Part shown: piece after piece, positions 51,831-61,212 of the stretch
How the letters are laid out: each line of letters opens with the position of its first letter
How positions within the stretch are numbered: position 1 is the first letter of the stretch
Source of the DNA: Gammaproteobacteria bacterium
Lineage (GTDB): Bacteria > Pseudomonadota > Gammaproteobacteria > CAJXQU01
Assembly: GCA_965238175.1 (NCBI GenBank)
Contig: CBDEGZ010000003.1
Coordinates: 2,048,001-2,112,000, forward strand
DNA length: 64,000 nucleotides
Direction: 5' to 3'
Notes under the pieces: generated by a model
The model's input: only the letters and a program-made list of their open reading frames with translations
Told to the model about the DNA's origin: nothing
Databases searched by the model: none
Made by a program: the position numbers and the translations under genes

Positions 51831-52982
51831 CTATTGGTTAATGGCTTTACAGATAACAAACTTAGAGTTTGATGCCTCAATGGATGAATTACCAAACAGT
51901 TTTTTCAACTTTTGGTTATAATTCAAGTGACGATTTCCGATTATCCAAAGTTCGCCACTTTGGCGCAAAATATTTTTAGCTTGCTTAAACATGCGTAGTG
52001 CAACTTGATCCGAATTTGCATGTTGCTGATGAAATGGCGGGTTACAGAGAATCAGATCTGCTGAGTTTTGATCAAAGTCACTAAGAGCATCGCCAACACA
52101 GTAAATAGCACTTTTATGATCAGGAAATGCGGATTCAAAAGTTTCCTTTGCCGAAGCAACGGCCATAAATGATTCATCAACGAAATGAATATTCGCATTC
52201 GGGTGAGTTTCTGCCAACTTGAGCCCAATAACTCCATTGCCACAGCCAAGATCAATTATGTTTTTTACTTTGGGCTTTTTAGGTAAATGTTCGATCAAAA
52301 ATCGCGTGCCTATATCCAGACTACGATGTGAGAATACATTGGCATGATTACAGATCCGGTAATTTGTATTTTCTAATGTGTAATAAACTGGATAAGGGCA
52401 GGGTGGTACTACCCTTTCAGGATCTGCTGTTACGAATATAAGTCGAGCTTTTTTCTTGGCTAACGATGTTGTGGTCGGTCCGATATATTTTTCTAGCAGA
52501 TTCCAAACATTTTTGGGTAAGTTTTTAACCATACCTGCCGCGATAATTTTCGTGTTTTGTGAAAGGTTAGTCTGAAGTCTGGACAGTTGCTCCTCTAAAA
52601 GAGCCAGTGTTTTAGGAATTTTGATTAATACCAGATCAAATATTTCATCCGTTGTTTCAAGACTATTAAGAAATGATAACTTAGCTTCAGGTAAATCATT
52701 ATTGACTAAGTTATTTCGAGCAGCTTGTTGTGAAATAAAAGAATCTGACGAATTGTATAAATTACAGTTATTGAATGCGAGTGTTAAAGCACCAAAACTA
52801 TCGTTAAAAATCATTAATTTAAAATTGTTTTTTAATTTTATTTCTTTAGATAGGTACTCAAGTACATACTCATCAGCCGCATCCCAGGCACGTAATCGCT
52901 CTCTGGGATGTTCTGGAAAGCGTAAGAGAAGAAAATCTCCTTGAGGAACAATTAATCTATTATTCTGTAGCCGAGCGTTCAT
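51831..52982 (-). CDS. rlmG: 23S rRNA m2G1835 methyltransferase
   Basis: LRAWDAADEY, NDSFGAL, LDIGTR, DLGCGNG, CNPPFHQ. Confidence 0.92.
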   Translation of the reverse strand: MNARLQNNRLIVPQGDFLLLRFPEHPRERLRAWDAADEYVLEYLSKEIKLKNNFKLMIFNDSFGALTLAFNNCNLYNSSDSFISQQAARNNLVNNDLPEAKLSFLNSLETTDEIFDLVLIKIPKTLALLEEQLSRLQTNLSQNTKIIAAGMVKNLPKNVWNLLEKYIGPTTTSLAKKKARLIFVTADPERVVPPCPYPVYYTLENTNYRICNHANVFSHRSLDIGTRFLIEHLPKKPKVKNIIDLGCGNGVIGLKLAETHPNANIHFVDESFMAVASAKETFESAFPDHKSAIYCVGDALSDFDQNSADLILCNPPFHQQHANSDQVALRMFKQAKNILRQSGELWIIGNRHLNYNQKLKKLFGNSSIEASNSKFVICKAINQ

Positions 52983-53069
52983 TTTGAGACATTCTTAGTT
53001 TCATATTGAGAAATGGAATAAAAGCTGATTAATTATCATTTTGAGACATACCATTCCCGGTATGTCTCA
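52966..53069 (-). repeat. Putative Mu-type right end with transposase-binding sites
   Basis: TGT at 52966; CATTTTGAGACAT at 52980, CATATTGAGAAAT at 53002 (22-bp period), CATTTTGAGACAT at 53037, inverted ATGTCTCA at 53062. Confidence 0.7.
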
Positions 53070-53133
53070 TCTCCATTTTGGCGCTAATTAGTCACGGTTT
53101 AATCGCCGATTAATAACCGTTTAATTTCTCGGG

Positions 53134-53862
53134 TTAATATTTTATGCAGTACATTACTGAAATATTTTTGGGATTAAATCCGTTTTCAGACAAATCCAAA
53201 ACCTGCTCTTCAGTGTTGTCGTTAAATACGGTGTCATTAAAGCGCACCGCATCAATTACAGGTATCGTGCCCAATTGAGTTTCGAAGGTTTGGGTGCTTA
53301 TGGATATATCTGCACCTTTAACATCTTGAAACTCACCCATAACTCGTCCAGGATCGACGCCTTCTCCATTATCCCAAGCGCGGAGAAATTGGCCTCGAAA
53401 ATTGGGAGCTCTAAAAGTTGTTGCTCCATCACCTGTGCTGAAAGCTCCGAACATACCGTTATTAAGGTAATCGTCATCACTAACTAATTTAAAGTTATTC
53501 TCAGGTCTATTGATCCAGTCCCAGAGTCTTTCATTTGTAACGCGTGATAATTCGTCGTCACAGCACTCCAAACTTCCTGCAGGTGGTGTTTCGCCTACGT
53601 GCAGGTATGGCACACCGAGTCCTGATAATTGTAATATGGCTTGAAACAATTGACTGAAATCTCCTTTCGTTTGGTCTGGCTCAAGCCCTGCCCCGGTGAC
53701 GACATTATAGAGTTCCTGCTGGACCATATTAAACCAGTCTTGGCCCGGAACGGTGGCTGGTTGCGAGCCATCTGTCGAGCCTTTTACAAAGTGCCCCGGC
53801 GCACCTTCTGGTTGTATTGCAGGTAATGATGATACGGCTGTTGGGGTGTCTACTAAATGCAT
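53134..53862 (-). CDS. Short tail fibre / tail collar protein
   Basis: Mu S-like N-terminus (WFNMVQQEL) and collar motif GDGATTFRAPNFRGQFLRAWDNG.GVDPGR. Confidence 0.85.
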   Translation of the reverse strand: MHLVDTPTAVSSLPAIQPEGAPGHFVKGSTDGSQPATVPGQDWFNMVQQELYNVVTGAGLEPDQTKGDFSQLFQAILQLSGLGVPYLHVGETPPAGSLECCDDELSRVTNERLWDWINRPENNFKLVSDDDYLNNGMFGAFSTGDGATTFRAPNFRGQFLRAWDNGEGVDPGRVMGEFQDVKGADISISTQTFETQLGTIPVIDAVRFNDTVFNDNTEEQVLDLSENGFNPKNISVMYCIKY

Positions 53863-53872
53863 TTCATTTCTC

Positions 53873-54451
53873 CTAAACGTAACTGAATAATACGGTGGTA
53901 TGAGCAGGTTTGAGTCGCGTCATCAGGCACTCTAAAAGCTCATTTCCCCATGTCCTTAATGGTTCATCACAGCCAGAATTGACGGTGAATTCGGTTATGG
54001 TTTCGAGCGGTGCGACGACTATCCAGGTGAAAACGATATCTTCTTCCCAAAGAGCGTCGTCTACGCTGCTATCGACAGTAAAAGGACGTAGTTCTTGGAT
54101 GCTTATATCGAAGTTGGCTCGCTTGGCCACCCCGATGTAATATTGTCGAGATTGACCGCCGATTCTGGTGACTTTTTCATGCAGTGCTTTTTGTCTGCCT
54201 GCTATGGTTGTGGGTGGCGACAAACAGGGTTCTGGCAGCGCAAAAGCACGCTCCCATTCGTTGAGTAATTGGACGGTAGTACGTGGGTCAGTTTCTTCGA
54301 TTAATTCAAAGGCTCTTTGCTCGATTGCGGCGAATTCTACCGCCAGCGATTCGAGTGTTTCATCCAATACTGATCCCGGCTCGGATAACCACGCTGCACC
54401 TGTTGTTAGCAGTGCTTTTAGCTGTTGTGTGTAATGTCGGATTCTACTCAT
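53873..54451 (-). CDS. Mu gp48/YmfQ (DUF2313) baseplate protein
   Basis: LL..G.AW, LLNEWER, GGQSRQYY, LEC....KPAHT. Confidence 0.9.
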   Translation of the reverse strand: MSRIRHYTQQLKALLTTGAAWLSEPGSVLDETLESLAVEFAAIEQRAFELIEETDPRTTVQLLNEWERAFALPEPCLSPPTTIAGRQKALHEKVTRIGGQSRQYYIGVAKRANFDISIQELRPFTVDSSVDDALWEEDIVFTWIVVAPLETITEFTVNSGCDEPLRTWGNELLECLMTRLKPAHTTVLFSYV

Positions 54452-55509
54452 TATGCAAATGTCACTGTGCCAAGTTCAGGCATCTCGTTTGTTGCGTGGG
54501 TGACATTATTGGATGGCATTGTGATTTGGTGATCGTTCTCGCCAGAGGCTATCGAAACAGCCTCGCGAATATGTGATATTAAAACGGTCTGACCTGGTTC
54601 AGATTCACGAGCGAACATCGCCAACAATTCCGCCTGAACCGCTGCCTGTGTTGTTGCGTTATTAGGTGATAATCCCGTAATTTCAATATCGACATTAACG
54701 GCTACAGGTGCGACAACAGTGACGACAGCAGTAACCGGTCTAAGACCTTGTATATACGCGTCGACTTCGGCAACTTTTGCCGGATTTGGAATAAAGCCTG
54801 CAGGATCATTATCAGTCACAAATCTCACAACAACCGTGCCATCACCCGCCTCCATTGGGTAGACCCATGCGCGCGTTACACCAGCCACTTGTAACGCCCA
54901 TTGAATATAGTCAAAGCTGGCCCCACCGTGTGGTGGTTGTTGAATTCTGGCCAGTAATCTTTTACGCAGATCATCATCTGATTCGGCAGATGATCCACCA
55001 GTGATTGCAGCACTATCAACGGTGGCTGTTGAGCTGATTCCGGCGATGGGTGAGACCAGCGTTAATTGCGTCGCAGCATCGATGTTTCCGATATCACCAC
55101 CCTCAACGGCGATGATGACCATATCGAGGCTGGTAGCCGTAAAAGTTGCTTCCTCAACGGTTGTAAATTCGACGTTATCCTGACGTTGCAATTTCGTATT
55201 TTTCGGGATAACTAATCCGGCAGAACCGGTGAATGTAACAACGCCTGTCGCCTGTGCTGCAGGCTTTGGTTTTATGCCCCATATGTCGGCCTGACGTTGC
55301 AGAAATTCCGCCTCTGATGTGTCTGGAAAAAACTGTCTCGCCAGCCAATTTAAAAAGCCGTACAGGCCATTAGTTGCCGCCGCGTGGATGCGTGATAACA
55401 CGTTAAGATTTGAGCGGCGTAATTTAGCATCGACACCGGGTAGTCGAGTTTCAAATTCGCTGGTGGCACGCGCTATTAATTCGGTTATTGTGGGTACGTT
55501 ATAGGCCAT
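54451..55509 (-). CDS. Baseplate J / Mu gp47
   Basis: ESDDDLRKRLL.RIQQPPHGG...DY.QWAL.V.GV.RAW. Confidence 0.93.
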   Translation of the reverse strand: MAYNVPTITELIARATSEFETRLPGVDAKLRRSNLNVLSRIHAAATNGLYGFLNWLARQFFPDTSEAEFLQRQADIWGIKPKPAAQATGVVTFTGSAGLVIPKNTKLQRQDNVEFTTVEEATFTATSLDMVIIAVEGGDIGNIDAATQLTLVSPIAGISSTATVDSAAITGGSSAESDDDLRKRLLARIQQPPHGGASFDYIQWALQVAGVTRAWVYPMEAGDGTVVVRFVTDNDPAGFIPNPAKVAEVDAYIQGLRPVTAVVTVVAPVAVNVDIEITGLSPNNATTQAAVQAELLAMFARESEPGQTVLISHIREAVSIASGENDHQITMPSNNVTHATNEMPELGTVTFA

Positions 55510-56022
55510 TTATAATGACTCCCAGAAGGTCTGAAAATTGTATTTTGCAACAGGTGAATTTGGTCGATAAATTGCCACGTTTATGCCGAGCACTCCGGGC
55601 ATAGATAAACGGTTTTTTGTGGGCGTCAAACTACCGGATATTTTGTCTATCCAGCCGGTCTCGACGACGACCTTTTCGGCGACTTGATCTTCTATCATCC
55701 ATTGCAGTGATTCTTGCGCATATTCACGCGCTCGCTGGACGACTTTTAAGGTGTCTTTTTCGCGACTTAATAACCATAATCGTGAGCCGATCAAATCGCC
55801 TTCTACGTCAGCATATGCATCGCCCCACCAGCCACGGCGATTGGTTGTGCCATCAGGGATAATATCGTCAGGTTCTGCCAGTCGATAAGTGAATAATGAA
55901 ATGATTATTGCAGTCTGCAATCCGTCATCTTTACCCAGTCCAGGATTAGATAACGACCAACCGAATGACGGCACTTGTCCGGCTTCTTCTGGCTGGATCA
56001 TGGTGGTTTGGATATCGCTCAT
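55510..56022 (-). CDS. Mu gp46 baseplate protein
   Basis: LQTAIIISLFT, RGWWGD, GSRLWLL.REK. Confidence 0.92.
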   Translation of the reverse strand: MSDIQTTMIQPEEAGQVPSFGWSLSNPGLGKDDGLQTAIIISLFTYRLAEPDDIIPDGTTNRRGWWGDAYADVEGDLIGSRLWLLSREKDTLKVVQRAREYAQESLQWMIEDQVAEKVVVETGWIDKISGSLTPTKNRLSMPGVLGINVAIYRPNSPVAKYNFQTFWESL

Positions 56023-56510
56023 GAACACCTCACCTTGTTTGACCCTTCAACTATTTCATAAAGGCCTTGAGACGAGCCATTTGTTACGTGAACTTTGTCA
56101 CCAATTCGAGCGACTTTTTTGCCACCTTCACCACCCAGATGAACATCATCTGACAGCACGACAACCTTCGGCGCTTCTACTTCGATTCGGTCACGATACA
56201 ATGTGATTTTCTGACCTTGATCGTCGTATAGACAAACCTCTCCTTGCTCTAATTCTTTAACCCGATATTTACGGTCGCCAACACCAATACAAACTGGATG
56301 AGAGCGGTCGCCTTTTGGGAATACGATCATTCCTTCGCCGCCGGGATGTGGGTGCGTTGTTAAGCCATAAGTTTGCCAGTGTTCAACGTTGTCCAGCACT
56401 TCGCCTGATAGCATTTTCACTTGTAGTTTTTGCATCAGTGCGTCGTCATCAATTAGCGTTAAAACGCTGCGGCCGATCATTAATTTAACCCGTCGTGCGG
56501 TGTTGGACAA
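56019..56510 (-). CDS. Mu gp45 baseplate assembly/spike protein V, 5' end apparently cut
   Basis: RRVKLMIGR...QKLQV...VEHWQTYG...GEVCLYD; no in-frame ATG or RBS upstream of RRVKL. Confidence 0.8.
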   Translation of the reverse strand: MSNTARRVKLMIGRSVLTLIDDDALMQKLQVKMLSGEVLDNVEHWQTYGLTTHPHPGGEGMIVFPKGDRSHPVCIGVGDRKYRVKELEQGEVCLYDDQGQKITLYRDRIEVEAPKVVVLSDDVHLGGEGGKKVARIGDKVHVTNGSSQGLYEIVEGSNKVRCS

Positions 56511-56556
56511 GGAACGCCTGTCAATTTGAAATCTTATTTACGAGGGGTAAATAAAA

Positions 56557-56982
56557 ATGACAGCAGAGAATCAGAATCAATATCAACGGGAACGGGAAGC
56601 ACTGAAGTCGCGGATCAAAACGATCTTGCTTGAAGATCACAAAGGCTATAACAGCCCGATCACGCAGGTGGATTTATTTGTTAAAGCAACAAGACAACAA
56701 GTGCGGCCCGGCAGGAAATGGGATGAGACACGCATTGTCCGATCCATCATCCGGCAACTAAGACAAGAAGGATTGCCGATTGGGACTCGTAACGGCACCG
56801 CAGCGGGTTACTTCATCGCCGAAACGGATGAGGAAATGGAGGCCACTATTAACAAGTTCCACAAAGCCGGACTGGGTGGCTTTCGGATGGAGGCTGCACT
56901 AAAAAACATATCTTTCACTGAACTTTTTAAACAGTACCAGCTGGAGCTGGAGGGGCAACAAAATGACAAACAAGCGGCTTAA
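56557..56982 (+). CDS. Phage hypothetical wHTH-like protein
   Basis: R.VRSIIRQLR.EGLPI....GYFIA.T.EE pattern; GAGGGG RBS. Confidence 0.7.
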   Translation: MTAENQNQYQREREALKSRIKTILLEDHKGYNSPITQVDLFVKATRQQVRPGRKWDETRIVRSIIRQLRQEGLPIGTRNGTAAGYFIAETDEEMEATINKFHKAGLGGFRMEAALKNISFTELFKQYQLELEGQQNDKQAA

Positions 56983-57505
56983 AGCCAAAGCATTACCAAT
57001 ACCGAAAAACCGAGATGAAGCAGATCAGTTTTTACATGATATCGGTGATTTACAGCGACAAGTGACGCGAATAAAAACTGCGATGGATGACCAGATTATT
57101 GAAATTAAACGTGGTTTTGAAGATGAGGCTCTGCCTATCAATCAAGAGATTGATGAGAAATTTGCAGCACTGCATTCGTGGGCGGAAAACAACCGGGAAA
57201 CCTTACTTAAAGGAAAGGGGAAATCTTTACATCTTGGGTCTGGCGCGCTCGGCTGGCGCAAGAATCCACCGAAGGTTTCTTTATCAAAAGTCGCGGAAGT
57301 GATTAAAGCCATCAAGCAACTTGGCCACACACATTTTTTACGTACAAAAGAAGAAGTCAACAAAGATGCAATGCTGGTTGATGTTGAATCACAGGCTCTG
57401 GCAGACAGCATCAAAGGCGTGAAAATTGTTCAATCAGAAGACTTCTTTGCCAAGCCTTTTGAGACGCAGATGGAAAGGGTTGAAACGGTTAAGAAGGCAG
57501 CGTGA
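56963..57505 (+). CDS. gam: Mu Gam host-nuclease inhibitor
   Basis: IGDLQR, G.LGWR.NPP.V, FLRTKEEVNKDAML, EDF..KP. Confidence 0.92.
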   Translation: MTNKRLKAKALPIPKNRDEADQFLHDIGDLQRQVTRIKTAMDDQIIEIKRGFEDEALPINQEIDEKFAALHSWAENNRETLLKGKGKSLHLGSGALGWRKNPPKVSLSKVAEVIKAIKQLGHTHFLRTKEEVNKDAMLVDVESQALADSIKGVKIVQSEDFFAKPFETQMERVETVKKAA

Positions 57506-57696
57506 TGAGTGAGGCTGAAGATGTTGTACCGAACATGTATTTCAGTTTGGAAGATCTGGAATTTTGGGTGAAGTCAGAACACGCGACGCTGGGCTGGTTG
57601 AAAAAAACATTGCTCGTTGAAGACCGTGAAAAAGCCATTGAAATACTAGAAGCCGAGATAGTTCGGCGGGATAACGAAACATGTTCGCAAGTATAG
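57502..57696 (+). CDS. Phage hypothetical protein
   Basis: Overlapping ORF in the early operon. Confidence 0.55.
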   Translation: MMSEAEDVVPNMYFSLEDLEFWVKSEHATLGWLKKTLLVEDREKAIEILEAEIVRRDNETCSQV

Positions 57697-57932
57697 AAAA
57701 TATATTAGTCAGTATCGCCATCACTGTGATCAGCTTTGGACTTGGTGCGTTGTATCAAGAATGGCAGCAGGAAAAAGAACGGAAGATGCAATCTGCTTGG
57801 AATGCTGAAAATAAAAAGCTTTTAGATCTGGCGACGAAAGAAGCCGCCGCCATCAACGATCTTCTTTCTGACCCTGAGTATCACGATACTGCGATTCTTG
57901 AACAGTGTCCTCGAAAAGGTAACCCAGCATGA
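57681..57932 (+). CDS. Phage hypothetical protein with N-terminal TM
   Basis: Overlapping ORF, hydrophobic N-terminus. Confidence 0.6.
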   Translation: MFASIENILVSIAITVISFGLGALYQEWQQEKERKMQSAWNAENKKLLDLATKEAAAINDLLSDPEYHDTAILEQCPRKGNPA

Positions 57933-58012
57933 CAGGTTTTCTCTTTTGTCTATTTTGCCTTTGGTTTTTGATCAAAGGCAGTGACAACAACAATTGGCCG
58001 GAGCGTTAATGC

Positions 58013-58477
58013 ATGGCTGTTAAACATCAAAAAGTCGATAACCGTGGACGCTACTACAAGTTGCTGCCAATCGGGAAACGTGCGCTGAACTGGGATGAAG
58101 AAACCTATCGGTTCTTTTTAAAAGAACACGGTGCAAAAGAAGTGAAGGGTAAATTCAGCGCAACGACAATGGATATCGGCCAATTGTCACAAGCACTGGA
58201 AGTGATGAAAAAGAAAGGTTTCAAACCCCAGAAAAAATCCAGCGTGTCGAATATTTCCGACTGGCGAAAAAAACGCATTAACAAAATTACCGCGATGTGG
58301 ATTGCGTTATTTGAAGCCGGTGTGATTCGAGACCGATCAGAAAAAGCCATGATTAGCTGGACGGCCACCATCACAAAAAAAGCACGGCTCGAATGGGCAA
58401 GCAGTGAAGATTTAAACGCCTGCATTGAAGGTCTCAAAACATGGTCTGCACGTGAACGGGTGGCTTTAAGAAAATGA
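58013..58477 (+). CDS. gemA: Mu GemA/gp16 (DUF1018)
   Basis: DEETYR..L, S...M...QL......MKKKGF, KI.AMW..L, IEGLKTW. Confidence 0.85.
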   Translation: MAVKHQKVDNRGRYYKLLPIGKRALNWDEETYRFFLKEHGAKEVKGKFSATTMDIGQLSQALEVMKKKGFKPQKKSSVSNISDWRKKRINKITAMWIALFEAGVIRDRSEKAMISWTATITKKARLEWASSEDLNACIEGLKTWSARERVALRK

Positions 58478-58896
58478 CCGATTGGCTGGACAAAACTGGC
58501 GAGCATTTAAAGGTGATCGACGAATCACTTTTACCACCGCTCGCACAGGAGTTGGTCAGCCTGATCGGATTATCTCAAACCCTGAAATTATTAAAAGCTC
58601 GTGGCGGTGTTCGCACCTTTATACCAAGCACCGTCCGGCAGGGTTCACAGCTCGCGCAAATAGTCAGCATGCAATCTGTCGCGGTTTTAGTTGAACACTT
58701 TGGTGGTGATCGGCTGGACTTTCCCAAAGTCGATCAGCTGGTCAGACAGCTACGAAATCAATCGTTGATCAAGGATTCTCAAGAAGGAAAATCGCATGCG
58801 GAAATTGCGCAAAAATACAAACTGACACGCGAACGCGTGAAGCAAATATTAAGAGAAATTAATCAACCAAGGCCACAGAATATGGAGTTATTTTGA
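58474..58896 (+). CDS. mor: Mor/C-family transcription activator
   Basis: LP...QELV.LIG, GG...FIP, RN..........A.KY.LT.ERV.QI. Confidence 0.85.
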   Translation: MTDWLDKTGEHLKVIDESLLPPLAQELVSLIGLSQTLKLLKARGGVRTFIPSTVRQGSQLAQIVSMQSVAVLVEHFGGDRLDFPKVDQLVRQLRNQSLIKDSQEGKSHAEIAQKYKLTRERVKQILREINQPRPQNMELF

Positions 58897-59150
58897 TGAT
58901 TTATACAGATAAAGATGCAGTATATTTAAAAAAAGATTCCGGTAAAAAATGGCGCCCAAGCAACTCTACTGAAGGAATGATGTTTGAGAATGCTCTATGC
59001 GCGAATTGCAAAAATGATCAAATGTTCTGCGCTATAAAACATAGAGTGCTCGCTTTCCAAATTGATGACGAACATTACCCAACTGAATGGATTATTGGTG
59101 CAGATGGTCAGCCAACTTGTGCAGCTTACGAGGAAAGAAGTGATGTGTGA
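58896..59150 (+). CDS. Phage hypothetical Cys-containing protein
   Basis: RPSNSTEG..F....CANC, P.EW....GQPTC. Confidence 0.65.
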   Translation: MIYTDKDAVYLKKDSGKKWRPSNSTEGMMFENALCANCKNDQMFCAIKHRVLAFQIDDEHYPTEWIIGADGQPTCAAYEERSDV

Positions 59151-59364
59151 AAAGTGTATACGCATTTGTAACGCAATCGGTGTCTTGAATTCTGACGAAG
59201 GAAATAGTGTCACTATAGTCGCGGATAACGCCGATTTTGTTGGCCCTAACAGCATGATTTATTGTAACGGTGATTGGACGGGTTGGGATGAGGTAACCTT
59301 TTCAGGTGATAGCGTTGCCGACGCTTTGGAAAAAGCAGTCGAGGCAAAGCGTAGTTGCTCATAA
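59143..59364 (+). CDS. Phage hypothetical protein
   Basis: ATG overlapping the previous stop, GAGG upstream. Confidence 0.6.
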   Translation: MCEKCIRICNAIGVLNSDEGNSVTIVADNADFVGPNSMIYCNGDWTGWDEVTFSGDSVADALEKAVEAKRSCS

Positions 59365-59385
59365 CAAAATAATGATCACCACCTT

Positions 59386-59433
59386 CAACGCCCAGTCTAG
59401 CGAATCCGCTACCCCGCCATTAGCTGGGCGTTG
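59386..59433 (+). terminator. Hairpin, possible terminator of the middle operon
   Basis: CAACGCCCAG...CTGGGCGTTG stem followed by CTTTCT. Confidence 0.4.
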
Positions 59434-59454
59434 CTTTCTAATTGAGGATTCAAA

Positions 59455-59577
59455 ATGAATATTGGAAGAGGAATTGCAGCCGCCGGAATATCCGCATCAA
59501 TTGCATTTGCTGCAGTAAACGGTGTTGAAATAAATCCTACCATTATTGGCCTTTTCATTATCTTCGTACTGTGGTGA
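59455..59577 (+). CDS. 40-aa hydrophobic peptide (below the ORF-track cutoff)
   Basis: GAGGA RBS; MNIGRGIAAAGISASIAFAAVNGVEINPTIIGLFIIFVLW*. Confidence 0.55.
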   Translation: MNIGRGIAAAGISASIAFAAVNGVEINPTIIGLFIIFVLW

Positions 59578-59584
59578 TTTAGAA

Positions 59585-59875
59585 ATGATCACAACAAAAG
59601 AAATTATCTTAATAATGAACCTGGTTAGTTCATACCAAGATGTAGGAAAAGCCTTCGAACAAATAGAAATTCACGCATCACAGGAATTTGTAATCGTTGA
59701 ATCAAATTTCAGGGTCAGCGTTAAAGAATGCAGCCAGCTCGTGTTTGACGAGCAACGCTCAAGTCCATCACTTGAATCAACAAAAGATCCGCCGAGTGGA
59801 TTTGAGTCACAATCATCACCGCATGAATTCGGATCATGTATGGAATGGTTGCAAGCACGAACCGACAGCCTCTGA
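59585..59875 (+). CDS. Phage hypothetical protein
   Basis: ORF from MITTKE; weak support. Confidence 0.4.
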   Translation: MITTKEIILIMNLVSSYQDVGKAFEQIEIHASQEFVIVESNFRVSVKECSQLVFDEQRSSPSLESTKDPPSGFESQSSPHEFGSCMEWLQARTDSL

Positions 59876-60032
59876 TGATTCAGGGGCTGTTTTTTTAAAA
59901 TACGTTAGTATGAAAAACCACCTCTTGACGAATAAAGTTGAGAGGCGTAACTTGAACTAGTCAGCCTTCTGACGTTGCGGGGGAAAGCACTTTCTCCTGA
60001 GAATTACCGCTTCATTCAACCATGCTGTGTGC

Positions 60033-60524
60033 ATGGACAAACGATTCGATAAAGCTTTCAATTGGATACTTCTCGCTGAAGGTGGCGAAGTAGACGATCC
60101 CGATGATGCTGGTGGCCACACCAAGTATGGTATTTCAAAAAGATCATACCCCTTCATAGATATTCACTCTCTTACAAAAGAGACGGCGAAAACGATCTAT
60201 TACCGTGACTACTGGCTACCTGCCCATTGTGATGAATTACCTGCGCCTTTAAATACGGCTGTCTTTGACTGCGCGGTCAACTCTGGTGCACGTAGAGCGA
60301 TCTTACTTCTGCAGGTGGCGTTAAAAACCGTTCGTGCTGATGGTGTGATTGGTCGCCGTACACTCGCCGCCATTGCAATGCATGATCCGAAATCGCTTAC
60401 GTCAAGCTACCTATCCGAGCGTGCTATTTTTTATACCAATTTAGCTCAAAAAAAACCAACTCAACGAAAGTTTTTGCGCGGATGGCTTAATCGTCTTTTT
60501 AATTTAATTCAATTCATCAAGTGA
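60033..60524 (+). CDS. Endolysin, glycoside hydrolase family 108 with PG-binding C-terminus
   Basis: EGG.VDDPDD.GG.TKYGI, FD.AVNSG, DGVIG..T, F.RGW.NR. Confidence 0.92.
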   Translation: MDKRFDKAFNWILLAEGGEVDDPDDAGGHTKYGISKRSYPFIDIHSLTKETAKTIYYRDYWLPAHCDELPAPLNTAVFDCAVNSGARRAILLLQVALKTVRADGVIGRRTLAAIAMHDPKSLTSSYLSERAIFYTNLAQKKPTQRKFLRGWLNRLFNLIQFIK

Positions 60525-60525
60525 G

Positions 60526-60732
60526 GTGATAAACGTGAACAGTACAAAACCGTGGTACTTATCTTTAACTCTTTGGACTAACGCAATGGTGATGCTTGCC
60601 GCTGTGTTGGGTGGTCTTGGTTATGCACAAATTCCGGTGGATGATCAAACAACACTTGTCGGCGGAATCATGGCTTTGATCAATATCGTTTTGCGATTCA
60701 AAACGAGTAAGGGTGTTACAGCGACCGCATGA
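60526..60732 (+). CDS. Putative holin
   Basis: KPWYLS.T.W.N, two TMs, NIVLRF.T; follows the lysin. Confidence 0.7.
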   Translation: MINVNSTKPWYLSLTLWTNAMVMLAAVLGGLGYAQIPVDDQTTLVGGIMALINIVLRFKTSKGVTATA

Positions 60733-60914
60733 ATCCGGTTGCAATAACATTAGTCATTATTGCTATCGCAGCCGCCGGATGGTGGCTGCGATCTTTCTAT
60801 GTCGGACGTGTTACCGCTGAGAAAAAAAGTGAAATACAAAAGGAATCTCGCAGCATTGCTGACCGTAATCGGAAATTATCTGATGAAGAACTCGCTGACA
60901 AAATTAGTCGTTAA
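60729..60914 (+). CDS. Putative inner-membrane spanin-like protein
   Basis: N-terminal TM plus short charged coil in the lysis cassette. Confidence 0.5.
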   Translation: MNPVAITLVIIAIAAAGWWLRSFYVGRVTAEKKSEIQKESRSIADRNRKLSDEELADKISR

Positions 60915-61212
60915 TAGCGTCCTACTTTTGATCCTGATCTTTATGTCAGGTTGCGGTGGCGGTGGCGTTGTCGCTCTGCAGGTTATTCAAACAGGTGCAG
61001 TTGGTGCGATGGCTTATCACACTGTCACGAAAAAAGATCCTCCGTTGTTCACTGCTGAATGTGCATGGGCTGAAAGAATTGAATCCAAAGCATCCGGCGA
61101 TGATTTAGTAAAGCGCTGGACGCGCTCAGAATTAATCCAGGTGGCGAATCATAATGATCGCTTCGACTGCCATTGCAAACAAATTGAAGCAGCGTGCGTG
61201 ACGGTAGAGTGA
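60883..61212 (+). CDS. Lipoprotein, putative outer-membrane spanin-like
   Basis: MSGC lipobox, overlaps the preceding gene, C-terminal cysteines. Confidence 0.5.
   Translation: MKNSLTKLVVNSVLLLILIFMSGCGGGGVVALQVIQTGAVGAMAYHTVTKKDPPLFTAECAWAERIESKASGDDLVKRWTRSELIQVANHNDRFDCHCKQIEAACVTVE

Noticed and set aside
53134-53862. Diversity-generating retroelement or invertible tail-fibre cassette
   Set aside because: No reverse transcriptase, template repeat, second fibre or invertase seen
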